Source: Botryllus schlosseri
Taxonomy: Eukaryota
NCBI GenBank assembly: GCA_051294905.1
Contig: CM119376.1
Span: forward strand, 27,342,001-27,406,000
Length of the DNA: 64,000 nt
Direction of reading: 5' to 3'
Shown here: piece after piece, positions 37,601 through 52,873 of the stretch
Layout of the letters: each line of letters opens with the position of its first letter
Position numbering within the stretch: position 1 is the stretch's first letter
Notes under the pieces: model-generated
Told to the model about the DNA's origin: nothing
Seen by the model: the letters and a program-made list of their open reading frames with translations, nothing else
The model's database searches: none
Position numbers and translations under genes: made by a program

Positions 37601-40600
37601 AATAAGCTACTAAAACGATTGGTTTTGGGGCTGAGGGCTGAAGAGATTTCTGTATGTATGTTAAATGAAGACGAATTAAATGCTGTGATGGTACGTACCA
37701 TTTATCGCCATTGCTCATAAAATCCGGAAGGCTACCAATACCCACCATTCTTATAATAAATCTACGTCATTTCCTATACTGGTATTCTCGTACCAGGCCT
37801 AGCTACAGTTCCCCGACCAACCTTGAGAATAGCTGCTTCAGTGCTTCATGCGTGAACCTTGCAAGAGAAATACCCTAAAAATCATACAGGTGTAACATAT
37901 CATGACACACCAATTAGGTCGATGTTTTGACGCAATTTTGTGACAAAAATTAGATCAACATCCTGCGATTTATATTTATCTTCTTATCCAAATATAGATA
38001 CACGTGTCTTATTTATAACTGCAAGTTCTTATTATGCAACATTAGCAGAGTATACGCATTGCGTTAACATCGCCTCTTCCGCGTATTCACGTATAAGTCT
38101 TTGGATTTTATGAATATCTGTCAACAGTTGATTGATTGCACCGATGTGTTTAATAAATCATATTTTCGCGAATCGCTGGCATGATATTTGACTGGCTGAC
38201 TTGCTCGGTTTATTTTACGATAAGAAGCGTCATCTGTGACGTACATTCGCTGGTATTATTTCTGGAATGAAGGGCCTTTCACTCAACGCATAATGGCCTA
38301 ATCAATCTCACCTCGCAATCAGCCTTCGCGTGAAGAGGGCTTCAACTTACATGTTCGTTGCGTGCAGAATATGATGACATTTCGAGTCAAAATTCTGATG
38401 CGATTATTCGTGGTTTTGCGTTTTCGCCCCAAGACTGAAAGTGAGATTGTGTGAAGGGAATATTTTGATATTAATACCACAGATGATCATTTGACGCAAG
38501 CGGCTCAAATACGGCTCGATCGTGCGGCTGTGCGTATTTTTCGAGCATTATTCCTTCTAAGCCACCCGGATTCCTGAAAACATGCGTCATTTCAACATTC
38601 ACATATGTCGAATAATGTTTGGAAGTCGTTAATGAGATAACAACGACTCGTATAGTTCATGAATATCTCACATACCCAGGACATATTAACATTTCAATAC
38701 GATTTCTGGAATTATCTAGCAATATACTTGAGACATGGTTGGCTATAGTTTTTAGGCTTTACTATCGTCATTAATCAATTTGTAATGTTTAACGAACTTG
38801 CATGATGGGCAATCAAGCATAAAACAAATATAGTTGGTTGTTAAATCGGTGGATAAATAACACCGCATATAGTCCTTCAAGAGCGCATTTTAATAGCTCC
38901 GCTATCCCCACACCTGCACAAAGCACATCTTCTAGGGCTTTGCGATGAACATTTGGGACCACAGCGATGAACTATTACATCCCTCTCCATTCTATTCCAT
39001 TCACATCGCTTCACTGTAGTCAATTCGATTGCACCAATAAAAACATTGGCTGCATGGCGTCTTTACCCGGCTATGGCTCCCATCTCGATAAATACTTTTG
39101 TGGATACCACCTAACTCTAACAGATATAATTTGTACTGCGCAACGACGTTGTTACGAAGTTTACTGAGTAACCGATACGTTATCGCAAATTTATGTAACA
39201 ATGTGGTATGCTGGTATTTTAGAGACTTCATGGGAAACAAGCAATACGCAACACTGTGATGCTCCCTGAAACCTGCATAGTAATGAGGAACTTGTATATT
39301 ATGTGGCGAATGCTCATCGTGTTCGATTGCGCGTGTTGCCTTCAGAGTCACACCGAATAACGCTTTGTTTTCGATAAATAGTCAAAACAATGCAATTTGA
39401 CTAGGGATCTAAGCTGGACCAGACATGGAACGATCATAGTCATGTATCGTAGTACTTCATTGAAATTCTTTCCATCGTCTACCTAGTACCTACACGGCTA
39501 CACGTGGATCATTATTATTCCCTTATGACGCAATCAACCGCATAGCCACTACTTGTGATGTAAGAATAAGCAGTGGAGTTCACATATCAAACGTTTCTAC
39601 CGTCCGTAACTATTAACAACAACGCACTATTTCTTGTTCAGCTGCTGTCATGTAAAAGTGAAAAAAGCTTTCGGTACATGGTATGGATTTCAGTTCGCGA
39701 AACACTCGCCAATACTTCCGATGACATTACCGTATAGAACTTGTTGACACTGTCCAATCCAGCATTCGCTGGAAAGTTCTCCAAAACAATATAACATTCA
39801 TGTTGTCGAGTTGCCTGTCGGTGTTTAGCTATTTATGAGAATAGCTGGCTCTGTATTCCAGTAAATCGACAAGTGACAATTCACTCATCAAGCTCTGTTT
39901 ACCGTCACGAGCGTTCAAATCCAGTACGGTCAATCATCGATTTTACATTCTCTTCAATAAATATACCAGAGTCAATTACCAAATATCTCACATTATTATT
40001 GGAACAATTGCGCGTAAAATTGGAGTTTACACCTGCCTTCCGACATTGCAATTATAGCGCTCCTTAATCCCATTCTTCGACCGCTTTTATCTCACAAGAA
40101 CAGGCCTTAAAGACAAACGAGTGCTGGTTCAATTACGCTGCCCGTTTATCCTTGTTCGGCGAGCCTGGGCTTCAATTAGTCTCGCGCGGAAGCAGCGCGC
40201 ATTTCGGCGCTATAATTGTTCCTGTTGACGGACGTTTAACTCTGTCGGAACAACGCGGCATTTCCTGTCGCCTGCGTGAATGTCATGATTATCTCGATAG
40301 AAATACATGAGATGTCAAATATAGACAGCCGGTGTTAAAAAGACGGATCTTATATGGCGATCGAGGCTATCTTGAAACCAATGCAGCCACCGTGAATGCC
40401 TGCAATGTCTAATTTGTCCATATAGAGCCCACAGTTGACAATTTAAATTCGAGATTGTCCTGACTGGACAATTTCTTACCCCTACACAGCAACCACGTTA
40501 TCCTTTCTCTATTGTTTGTCTTATTTACGATCTATCTATTATGATAACAACATTAAACTTCATTGATTTCTGGTAAAGCCATTTGTAAAATCACTTATTG

Positions 40601-40734
40601 TAATATTTTTCGCATACGTGATATGTGAGTTATCATCAGAAGTGTTCAAAGTTGATGTTAAAATAGAAGTGGAAGTACTCAATTCCAAGTAAAAGTATGG
40701 CGATTTTTAAGGCACATCAAAACTAAAACTCGCC

Positions 40735-40843
40735 GGTGATTACAGTTTGTATTCCCATTTTTCAGTTCCCAATATTTGGGGGGCGATGATCGGTGTGGAG
40801 CTTGAAAAGGGGGCGATGAGTCGAAAAAGGTTGGGAACCACTG
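40735..40843. mobile_element. Solo right end of a Charlie-like hAT MITE
   Basis: ggggcgat twice, then aaaaaggttgggaaccactg, identical to the terminus at 48089-48108. Confidence 0.55.
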
Positions 40844-43800
40844 TTCTATATCGAGTATGGACTATAGATGCGCTGTTAATCCCAGGTTAAACGTAACTAA
40901 CGCGTGACAGAAACCAGTGTCGATTTCGACTCCAACCATGTTTCGTATTTCGCTCCGAAACTAAACCATGACTTCAGTCGAGTGGATGGTCTCAATGGGC
41001 ACGCACACGTGCACGTGTGTAGCGTTCCCTGAAAGACGAGCCTTGTCGAACCACTGGCGACGATAGGACGAACCCAAATCACTATCAACAGCCGTTAGGT
41101 CTGGCCTAAATTTTCTTATGAATAGACCGTGCCTTTCACGTGTTTGTGGTGTTGAGTATAACCGTTTCAGCGAATTTAATGCTGGCATTGTTCGCGTATT
41201 TTGTGTCGATGCGAACGCCAGCCTGGCGTGGCGTAGCCGTGTCGTCTCCCGAAACAAAACCGCCTGCCAAGCTCTCAATTTCCGATAAGGAAATTTCAAT
41301 TTCGTCGACTGTACGACGCAGTTGCATCACAGATAACAGTGATATATCACCGAAAAGAGTTCTCGTCAACCCCGCCATTTCTCATCCAATATGCAAACAT
41401 CGCGGTGGATATCTGAGAATTCGTTTTGATACTTTCAGGTCGTCAAATGTTACTATCAGGTATAATCTTCCCGAAATTCAAATGAGAACATCTGTTTCAT
41501 AACGCTCCCGATGCGTGCACTTTCGAATGGATAGGTCGGGTTTCGTTACAGGCTGAGACAATTAATCGCACATGCGCGTCGTAGTATAGAATAAATGCGT
41601 CATCAATCCATTGCAATTCTTGAAACGAATATGCAGCGTCAATATCTACGAATCTATACGTTAATCAGAACAATTATATGCATAATTACGGACTTTCGTT
41701 CTTCCAGTTAACATGCACTCTGCCAATAAGCCTTTATGTATTTTGTATTATATATTATACCAGAAAAACAACATACCTGGAACGTTGGCATGAATTGAAT
41801 AGGTGTGAGTGTAGCGAGTAACCTTGATCGCTTTTCAGAATAGGCACGGCTTTGAATAAAGATACATTGATAAGATGTAATTGTCCGGTATTTTCAACAA
41901 CTATATTTTCGACGAAACGTGCCATAAATGTTCGATGTAACAACTCCGGATTAATCGCCGCAATCAGAGGCTGTTAATGATCAAAAGACCGGTTATAATT
42001 GCGTACTTTGGCACTCAAAAGACAGTGGTTTGACTCAATCCTTCCTTGTACGGATATCAAACGAGAGACGTACGATTCTAAGCAATGGCCACGAGTGTTT
42101 AACTCGAAGCGATACACACGAACACGGTCCGTTGCAAACAGCGTTTGTAACATGTTGCCGCGCAAGGACAGTAATTGTAGACATCTTCAGATATTCATAA
42201 TCCTCCTTACCGTTCTGTGAAAAGTTATTGCATTAAGGTCTATTGACTACAACTTAGCTACCGATGATACTCGGTAAGAGATGTTTGTCGCGATTGAATA
42301 ATTCATAGCAGGCGATACATTTCAATTGCAGCCCACTTTGTTCCGTGGTGTTTACCAGAATTTGAGAAAGTTCGCGTTTCGGTAAACAACAAACACATCG
42401 CACAAGCACATTATAATCAGATATCGAGATATTACGCCTCATGCATATCTGCACGACGCAGAATGCTATGTCAGTATCTATTGTTTTAAATTGAACCAAA
42501 AGATATACCACCAACAAATAAATATACACCAGTAAGATCTGCTTTAATAGGTGCAGATAACTTAACGAGGCAACTGTATACAAACAACGCATTGAAATTC
42601 ATGTGTACCCTTTGTGTTAAAACTGTCAATTTCATGCCAAAATTTACCAAACATACAAGTTCGGCTGCGAGTAAATTCATTTCTTTTGCGTGCCCTTGTA
42701 AATCTTGCTGATGAACATTCGATTAAATGCTCGCGTTAGTGGGTTTCACGAAATCTGCATGCATTAATAGTGTAAATGCCAGGTAGACAACCCTATACTC
42801 GAACACTCTGATGCATATGTCACCCTTCTAACTACAAACATGTGGAATAAGCTGTAAATAGATTGCCAACCACCATGGGGCGCACGTGACGTCCTTTGGC
42901 GGCAATGCATCGGCGTAAATCAATCAGAATTGTGATCGGAACAGTTGGACTACACGATTTTGTTTCGCATTAATACTATAATTTGTTGCACTTGGTTGGT
43001 CCACAACTGTCGTAGAATGTATATATTCTCACAAGTAAGCACTAAGCATACAGTTACGCAGACTCCTTCGGACTGCTTATTTCGCACATGATAAGACACA
43101 TAAAGACAAATAGTCCTCCCGTCTGATTGCAAGACTTCATCCCAAACATATAGTTTAACACCTTTGTGTCATCGTTAACTCTAATGTTGTCTCAGGTGGT
43201 CGGGTAGCGTAAACAAGCTACATGTGGTCCTGACTTCATAATCATATCGCGTAGTCGCAACTATGACTATGTACGTCGGCATACACAATTGTACAGTACA
43301 TACACTGAAAAAAACTTCGTTAAATATATCCACACTGTGAATGAGTCAGGATTGAGGGAGGACACCAAACTGGTTAACCAACTACTGAAACAATCAACTT
43401 TTTGTTGTGTGGTATGCATCGGACAACCGATATATGTCGCCAATGGAGACCACCATATTCAAGCAGATATCTGAAATTCCAATCGCAAACATTTCAAACC
43501 TGATACAAGCAAACATGGAAACGAACTCGACATGTCGCCGACCTGGGTGCCCGCATAGGCGGTCGCTATACTGATATCATAATAGGGAGTATGTCAGAGC
43601 GCGTGCACTGCACAAGTGCCCGCATAAGCTCATGTTGAAATCGGTCTCATTTTTGCCTTAGCATTGCTGTTCGTAACTGAGTGGATAAGAAATGAACCCG
43701 ATTCCGTGGTAATTCAAATGTAACGGATAACATGTACACAAGTCGCAAGTGGTTTTGCGCTTGTAATTCGTTTCCTCTTTATGTATTTGTAATGCTAGCA

Positions 43801-46800
43801 TTACCCATTTCCATCTTCGATTGCAACCAACTTAATATCTGATACCGTACGATCTTTGTCTTTCGTTAGCTGTATGTATACGTGGACTCGCAGTTACATG
43901 ACTTTTATTTCGAGACAATATCGCATTGCAATATTGTTCCATCGTGACTCGGAACTAAAGCAAACACGTAACCTGAGAAAGCCCGACGAGACGTTACACA
44001 TGTTTTCGTAATGGAGTTCGTTAGTAACTGCAAAAAAAAACACGTCTCCCAAAATGGGTTGTGTTGTGTCTCATGTATGTAATCCCATTCGAGTCATAGA
44101 CGTTGAAGTTGAATCTTTCAACCCAAACCGATGAACTACATTTCAGGGTCGCCGTGAACTATCTGATGAGACTGTGTTGTTCCTTATTCTTAGACGAGTC
44201 ATATCGCGATGGGTGAGTAACAGTACACCACCCTCATGTACTAGATTAGTTACGACTCATCCAGTACTTTGGCGGATCCATTTAAATTACATGCGGGTAC
44301 TTCAGGCATCGCTGCAAAAATACGCGGCAAAGGCTTCTTCGATCGCGGCTCGATATGTTGAGTCGGGTTAACCGCGTAAATATGTTTTCAAAACTTCTCC
44401 TGTTGTCGGAAACTTCATCGGCGGGCCTTGTTTTGCCTTCATTACGACTTTGTGCTGTCATAACGGTAACGGTTGGAAGGTTACATTGCTAAACTAGTTG
44501 GGGCCGTTTATTTATTTATCAGTAGTTCATATATTGATTTTTACTATTGCGCTGCATAGCTACACAGGTCTTTATACGATGACACCCTATACACAAAGCT
44601 GTCGTTATGTTTCTACACATCAAACTTTGATATTATCCACGAATCAGTATGATGTGCGATGTGCCCAACGTACAGTGTCCACGCCGTAATCCCTAACCGA
44701 TCACGAACTATAAGGATATGAGCTTCTATTTTGGCCGGATGAACTCATAATTTGAGCGGATGCCGACTCTTCACGAACAAAACGGGATTTCCTTTGATTA
44801 CAAGGGAGATGGGATGTTAAATAATGTCATTGGGATCAAATGATATGAGTAATAACTCAATTCAATCAAATCTCATTGTTTTCGTATCAGCGCTTATGCT
44901 AATTAGTCTTGCATTCAAATTCTCGCTTCCCATGTTTCGCGAAGGAATGCGAACGTATTAAAATTACTAAATAGCCGTCTTTCGGCAACAGTCCAATTAA
45001 ATTCACGAATGTAATCGAAATGGAATTGTATGATAATAAACGATTTTATAGATATCCCGGATATATGTCGTCAGTTATTGCTCGGTCGGCATATTCAAGT
45101 TTGTGAGAGATATCGTCCCATCGCACTGACCAGATTTACGACGTTTCGATGTTGACTGCGACTTACAGAAAGGAGGACATGTCAGTATTTCCTTGACAAT
45201 ATTTTTGTGGATCTTGAACTTAGAGTATTCTGTTGCTCGGTTACGTGAAATAAATTCTGTCATCACAAATACACCTTCAAAAGAGTTTTTATGATATCGC
45301 CACTTAGCCGTAGTACAAAAGCAAGAGTTATCAAAATTACTCTAAATTGAAGCAATAAGATACTCGATCGAAAAGATCTTATACTTTACTCCAAATTGCC
45401 CCGATTTAAACGATAAACATCTTTTGATTTTCACCACATAATTGCCATACGTGACACCTATCTGTGGTTTGCTTGTATGCTTTGTTTTAAATCATATCCG
45501 TGTCGCGACTTCGATGTAGTTATCCGCCTTAAATCGTTACCAAAGACAAAAGGGGCATCTAGAAAATCAGCGCTTTGCTGACTCAAATCTTAATGATTCA
45601 TTGTTCGCGGCTCGTACCAAATTTCCCGATTATATCGTTTTACATAGTTGCGGTAATAATTGCGGGTCATGGCGACCTGTACTCAACCGTATGAGGCTTG
45701 AATGCGGCTCGCTTATTATCGCGGTATTGGCATGAATGTTTCCAAAAATGAATTTTGTAAATGCATCAGAAATTTGAAACCGTAATTCCAACGATTAGGC
45801 GACCCGCGTCGACTGCTTCGAATGCCATAATTTAAGAAGCCCGCCTGTATTATCCGACTCAATGCATCCGTATGAGAATCAAATCAATGCCTATAACCCG
45901 TGATACTACTTGTACGGATCACCCGTTTGATAGACTATTTATGTGCATTTGCCCTCCAGAGATAGGAATTAAACCCGAGTGCAGTATCGGTAGCGGCTCA
46001 TAAGCGTCGGAATTACAGCGTTAGCGTGAATCGTGCCTTCCAATGGACAAGGAGCTTATGACGTCAAACACATGATGTTCCTAATACAACGAAGGTATTA
46101 TTATATTATGATATCCGTAATATATGTATACAATTGGACAGAATACGCACGCACCTTGCACATTGTACAAGGTGTAATTTGTAGGCCACCAGGCTAAAAC
46201 CGTGCGTTATGACGCAGAATCTACGTAATGTACGTATACTCGTTACTAGAAATGGTCTTACCAGAAATAGCGTCCCAAGGGGAGTTTTCGGGAGCGGATA
46301 ATCGATGAAAAGCATTGTTAATATTATAGCAACGCATCCTGAATTCCAACTGGGCTTACGTTACTGCAACACTCCTCTTCCCTATGCTTTCTCAAATTTC
46401 AACCACATTTACATGTGGATAGCATTTGCCAAGTGATTGGTATTAAACTCTAGGGTCGTAAAGGCGTAAATGGGAGTAAGTGAGTTGGAATGTGGGTCTT
46501 GATTTGTGGTGTTTGTGATAAGTTGGCGACAATACCTGTCAACATTGATAAGCTTCTACTTGATGCGTCGTCATTATGCAGTACTGTTCTCGAGTTTACA
46601 TTGTAACAATCCATTTTATTCTCTAATTTGAAAATTTACAAGCATTCCCTTTACGGTTTTGTGATGTATAAACAATATCAAACAACACAAGGATTTCCTG
46701 AATAACTACTATGCTTCAGTTGAAATTATATCATCTGTGCGTCACTATCGCAAGATATACGCTAAATTACGTTTTTCGATATGTAAAAATAGCACGCCGC

Positions 46801-46961
46801 ATGCACAGCACATGCATAGAGTTCTACTACTTGGGCGTGCACTTTTCAGAATCAGCATGACAAAGCTTATTAGATTTCGTCAAATCCGAATTAGGTGCCA
46901 AAATATAGTTTTCCAAACGCTTACCAGTAACCAAAGTATGGTATTTTGTGTAGCCATAGGC

Positions 46962-48108
46962 CAGTGATTCCCAACCTGTGGTACGCGTACCACTAGTGGT
47001 ACGCGAAGGTCCTTCAGGTGGTACGCGAGTAGATTCCGTATTTTTTTCGACCGAAGGGAGTTATCAGTTCACGTGGGGTTGATTTTGAGTTTTTTTTGAA
47101 GCCGTCGTCGTCCTGGTAAGGTGCGTCCGTGGTAAGGAAGCCTACGTCAAAGAAACGAAACCGACTTGTTGCGCCCCTGCATGACTTTCGATGCGGTGTG
47201 AGCAAACGTATGCCACCATAGTGTCCTATATGGTGTGGACACAAGCAAATCTCACGGCTCAGTATAATTGGTCTACGTCACACTTTCCACTTAGTCAAAG
47301 GCAACTTTACGGCCCTTTTACACCGGCTTGCCGAGCGCTAAATTCGATAAAACGGGTATCAATGGAAAGCTGCTACTGTACTGATTCCGAAATTCTAAAT
47401 TTTATTTTGCTCATGGTCCTCGAACCTCCCAAAATCTGCTTCGAATTTTGGATTGTGATCGAGTTTTAAAATTGTGACGCAACAATTCTGTCTGGCAAAC
47501 CGAGAGTGTAGCTAACAGAGTTGTTGTGTCACAATTCAAAACTCTATCACAATGCAAAATTCGAGGCTGGTTTAGGGGGGTTCTAGGACCATGAGCAGAA
47601 TAGAATTTATATTTTTGTAGTCAGTACAGCAGCAGCTTTCCATTGATACCCTTTTTCCGCATTTAGCGCTCGGCAAGCCGGTCAAAAATGGTCTTAAAAT
47701 TGCCTTTGACCAAATGGAAAGTGTGACGTAGATCAATTTCACTGAGCGGTGACATTTGCTCGTGTCCACTGTCCACATCCACACCATATAGGACGCTATG
47801 ATGCCACGCATCGACCGGCTAGTGCAAAATAAGCAATACAGCCATCGCATTTAATAAATATACTTTTGTTGTTTATTGTTATTTCAATATGTTGTTCTTC
47901 TTGTGACTGGCGGTGAAAAAACAATTCCATGCATCCCATCAAGGCATCAACCCTGACTGGTGATGCCTAGTTTAATAGAACTTGTTAACACACCTAGCTC
48001 ATGTCAAATACCTGATTATGACGTCATAAATGGTGGATGTAGGTGGTACGCGAGCACTGCATAAAACTTCAAAATGGTACGTGGGCGGAAAAAGGTTGGG
48101 AACCACTG
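46962..48108. mobile_element. Charlie-like hAT MITE carrying a nested foldback element
   Basis: TIRs cagtgattcccaacc / ggttgggaaccactg; perfect 8-bp TSD CCATAGGC (46954-46961, 48109-48116); ggtacgcg subterminal repeats. Confidence 0.92.
47217..47800. mobile_element. Foldback element (Galileo/P-like), short copy, nested in the hAT MITE
   Basis: Ends catagtgtcctatatggtg / caccatataggacgctatg; about 270-nt inverted arms nearly abutting; 7-bp TSD ATGCCAC (47210-47216, 47801-47807). Confidence 0.9.
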
Positions 48109-51100
48109 CCATAGGCTAACATTCATGCTGGGGTTATACTAAATTGTGTAATGGTATGGTGTGTTATAAGTCACCTGTACTTGACACGCCTTCTAAACGC
48201 GGTATTTCGGCAATCCCAATCCACAAAGAGGCACGCCATATCGGACAACTACATGCATAATTGGGCAGTTGCAGCTACATGTATTTGGAAATAATGAATG
48301 CAGCGTGCATTTAAATCTGTTCAATAGTCATATGGTGTACCGGTGCGACTTACTTCAGGGAAGTCGGATGCATCGAATATACGCTACAATAATGGCGGCA
48401 CATAAATATTGTGAGAATTAGGCACCATAATAACATGTTGATAGCATTCGACCTCCCGTCCACGAACGCGTTACCTAAGCCTTCGTGTACCAACGAAAAC
48501 ACGAGAAGATTTGTTGATCGGAAGTTACCAGTCTGGAGCTTAAAGTAGAATCGGTAAGTGAGTCTGCGGTTTGATCTGTCCCCGATGCACAAGTCGAGAG
48601 TATGTCATGTCCGCCGGAATGATAGGAAATTATCGTCAGTATCAAGGTCAAGTACATGATGTGAAGAGACAAGTTGGGTGTCTGAGTGAAAGACTACTTC
48701 AAGTCGTGTCGACGCCTTCCTCTCTTTTGATATTATCGCGATCGTGTGTTGTTGTGAATTGACGACAACATTAATAAAACGAACGAGAACCAGGCACCAT
48801 TGCACCACGAGTGTTTGTAAAAAGAATCGGCAATTATTGTTTTTCGCCAAGAAGCAACTTACAGAAAAACGACTGTTTTATGGTGAAATCTAGAATCCAC
48901 ACAAAGCGTTAACAACTTTTGTCAACTGGACGCGGCGATTAAACCGAATGCTGCGCTTCACAAAGAGATAAGGCGCAACGATCGATTGAGATATTATGGC
49001 TGTAACAGATCACATGTCCAGATCGCCCGCTTATTCCCACGGCGGCTAGCAGACACGGCCTGTCTGATTTGCTACAGTTTAACAAAGCCGTGTCAAAATA
49101 TAGGGCATGCGACCGCTGACAGGCAGAGCATAAGGAAACCATGGTATATCTCCCTATTATGTATCGTGATGGATGCGTATACCGGGTAGTTCTGCGGTAT
49201 CCCGTAACGGATTTATCATGTCTTTGTTTATTTTCGTGGGAAGACAAGAGCCCGTCACGCGCCACTTAGCAATTGAAACAACAAATCCTGTCTCGGAAAG
49301 GCCAGCTTACTTTCGCGTACTGAAGTCGAGCCTCTGAGAAACGAGAGAGCCGCGCTTCTATGAACCGAAATAGCGTCCATATATAAACACAGCCATCGCA
49401 AACTGAACTCATTCCGCTGCTTTGACGCCGGGCTGCAAGGATGCTTAAACCAAACGTGGGCTCGCCGAAAAAGACGGAATACCTCAACCTGGAAGGGAAG
49501 AGTAATCAGATAACCTGATCAAATTAGCAAAAAAGAACTATTGCCAAAAGCAAATATGGAATACTATAAAGAAACATGAACTGAAGAATGCTATTCAATT
49601 GCATATCAAGCCAAGAGTGCGAAGGGGCACTGTGGATATGACCGCGGTCGAAGATTGGAATTATACAAGATAATCCTTGAGGACTCTAAAGGTAGATGAG
49701 AGGATATCTTATCCAATCGGAGCAATGTGAGCAACATCCACGACTACTTGATATCATGAAGCAATTGTCGATGCGACCATTCGACTTCTTCGTACCAGTT
49801 CGACCCACGACGAAAACGAATTCGAAAGAAATATTGCTATCGGTAAGCTGACTCTCCAAGCCTTTTTGTAATTGCTATTTCATCATACAATGTCTTAGTT
49901 TAGCCAATCATATACATTTTGGGAATCATATATTAAACATACACTTCTCCTTTTCAGATTGAAAATCATCGATTTTTTACCGATTACCAACAACAAGCAA
50001 TTGAAGCTTGGAACGAAAAGACAGCTACACGCCACACGAACGATACGCATTTGCAGTACCGACTTCTGTTTAAATGCAAGATACAAGCGCAATTACAAGA
50101 ACTATACAAACGCAACCATCGAAGAAACGCGTCTAGGCCTTGCCTTGATTTTGCACTGCATTTCACGGCGCTGCCTTGAGTTTTATAACATATTTACCGT
50201 TGATATAAATTTTTTACGAATATCTTCATTACGTCTTTTTTAATAAAATGAATCTGCAATCTGCAACTGATCGAAGTACTATATCCATTTCAGGGCGGGT
50301 TGAAGGTGTAATTATCGTGGTGTAGTCTTTGTTGAGAAAAACCTTATTCGCGAGACATTTGGTTACTGGAGAGACGCATTAAAACGGTTGGTTGTTTACC
50401 ATCTGGCGCTGCGGTACTTTTATGCCCGTGTTCCTTTGTGAGTGTACTGCCTGCCATCTGCACCATAATAGAACCGGTTAAGTATAGCGATTTTCACATG
50501 ATTGCTAAAATTCGTGTGATTCCATATCACCTCACGGTGACAATTACGCGCCGTGCAACGCAGATGAGACATTGTTATGCAACACAATGACAGATAGTTG
50601 AACTGAGAAGTAATGAGCGTTGTGTAACGTTTACTCAAGGGAGAGATGCATTGTTACATAACTACGGCCTGCTCTGCAGCGATTAATAATGCAAGTCATC
50701 CGATTTGCGAGACCCAGCGTGTAACTTTATTGCGTGGAAATTATGAAGGAAATTGAACATTGTACCGACGCTATTACTAAATTATCGTCGCCTCAAAGCA
50801 TATTTTTCGCAGTAACTCGCCTTAATAGACGCCAGTGTCATATCACATTCTGAGTAGGATTATTTCCATTCCAGTGCTATTCCTATTATCGTAAATGATA
50901 CACGCAAATGGTCATTATTACTTCAACTTACTAAAACCGGTTACTAATGATATTCATATTCTTTGAAGCCTCCATTCGTTACATGTAGGAAATTAGCACA
51001 ATGGGAATTAAAATTATCGTAAAAAGATAGTTTCTCGAAGTCAAACGCCGAAGATTTAATGTGGATACAACAGTAAATAAAGTGCGCACTGTGCATTGTG

Positions 51101-51719
51101 CACGACATAGATATTTTACGTGACGTTCTTAGCAGTGATTAGGATTTATCAATGATTTGATCTAGGATTCTATACATTAGCATGAACGACGGGATAAGTC
51201 ATGACAAATTTCACACTGTCGACAAAATGTGATAGCATGAAAATATGCATGATACACCCACGTGAAAGTTTGGAAATCGTGCGGAATTTACCACAATGTT
51301 TGGTCAATGAAGGCAAGTGGTGGATTTCATTTGAGCAGAGCGTGGGGAGTGGAATCCCTGCAGATAAGGCGTAATCATGTACACGTACGCCTATAACATA
51401 ATGATAAGATAAACTGTTAAAGTGATGTAAAGGTAGTGAAAGTTATTGCCAAGAGTAAACAAGTGTCGGCAGACAGGTAGTAGGTTTGTCATGAAGAGGG
51501 GGTCTGTATTAGACTATTGTTTTCGTAGGCGGAGTCGTGAATTTCCAAAGTTGACTGAAATTCCCCAGTTTTCCAACACAATTTACGGAATTAATTTTCG
51601 GGAAAATTGCTAGTTTTGAATAAAGCTCGAACGAGGCGGGAGTGGTCTGCGCTTCATACAATACAGAATCTGTCTGTCTGACGACTGTTTATCGTTACAG
51701 GCGAGGTAAAAAGTAAATT

Positions 51720-51880
51720 ACTTCAATATACAATTGAATAATATATTCATATTGATATAAACTCGAATATTTATAACTTACACTAGGCAGGGGTAGTCGT
51801 CAGCAACTAAAGTAGAGTATGGGTTTATTTCAATATGAAAATATTATTCAATTGTATATTGAAGTTCTGTAGCCCCAAGA
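51720..51880. repeat. AT-rich hairpin repeat family, copy 1
   Basis: acttcaatatacaattgaataatat...atattattcaattgtatattgaagt (~40-nt inverted arms); related copy at 53652-53828. Confidence 0.75.
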
Positions 51881-52873
51881 AGATTAGTAAAAGACTTGCA
51901 AAATACCCACGAACGACGAACTTTCATTGTTAGTTGCAGTATTCATGGCGCTTTATGATTCAACCCCGAATTTTTCAGAAGATAAATTCGTGCTGAGTAT
52001 ACACGCGACAGCCATAATTGGAAAATTTCCGGGATCGCAACCCATCATCCATGTGATAAACCGATACAATTTTGTACGGCTTGCATTATATGAACACGGC
52101 TGGACGGCGTGATAAAAACCGTGCGGGATATGCCGTCATTGTAGCCGCGTGGCATAAATGGGCAGCCTGCTGCTGTGTAAAATACAAATTCAATGGACGG
52201 TAGTGAATATTGGTTCGCTCATGTTGGAACGGAAGTGTGACCAATGACCATGAAAAATTTCCTAGCACAGTATGAGATAAAGCTGACTTATGCGAATAAA
52301 GTATATACGTCGTGATTAAAATCTCTGTAACGTTGGGCTTGATCGGTTTTGACGGGCGAAATTGATGCTACATTTGCACCTTGAGATGGGCGACGAAACT
52401 CAAATTTTGATTCTCAAGGTTTGAATAAAATCAATGGTTGATTAAGTCAATATAGTCGATCGCGAAAGACCTGCTAGTCTCCCTATAATGATAAGGTAAG
52501 ATATACGCTCATTGCTCTGTATTACTGCTTTTGCTACAATCACTCATATTTGGCAAAAATGACTTAACACTCAACTTAGGGCATGACTTGATGAATTGAT
52601 ATCTACTTCTTGTTAGTAGCCCTCACTGGAGAGCAAGAGCAGTAGCAGCATTTCTACAGCGTGTGAACTTGCTGCACAGTTTGTTCTCGCTACCGAACTA
52701 ATTATTAATTCTGTAGAAATTTGGTAAAAAGATACGAGAACCGTTGCTCATCATGCATTATTTATTGTGCGCTCTCGAACATTTGCTTCTCTGAAATTTG
52801 ACACAGGTCAAGTCATGTAGCCTTTTATGCATTTCTGTTGACTTGTGATGAATGTTAATTCGATATCATATAT

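Noticed and set aside
24950-46900. Numerous 60-126-aa ORFs in the central region
   Set aside because: No recognisable domains or supported splice chains; mostly consistent with random or decayed sequence. Small-exon genes could still be hidden here.
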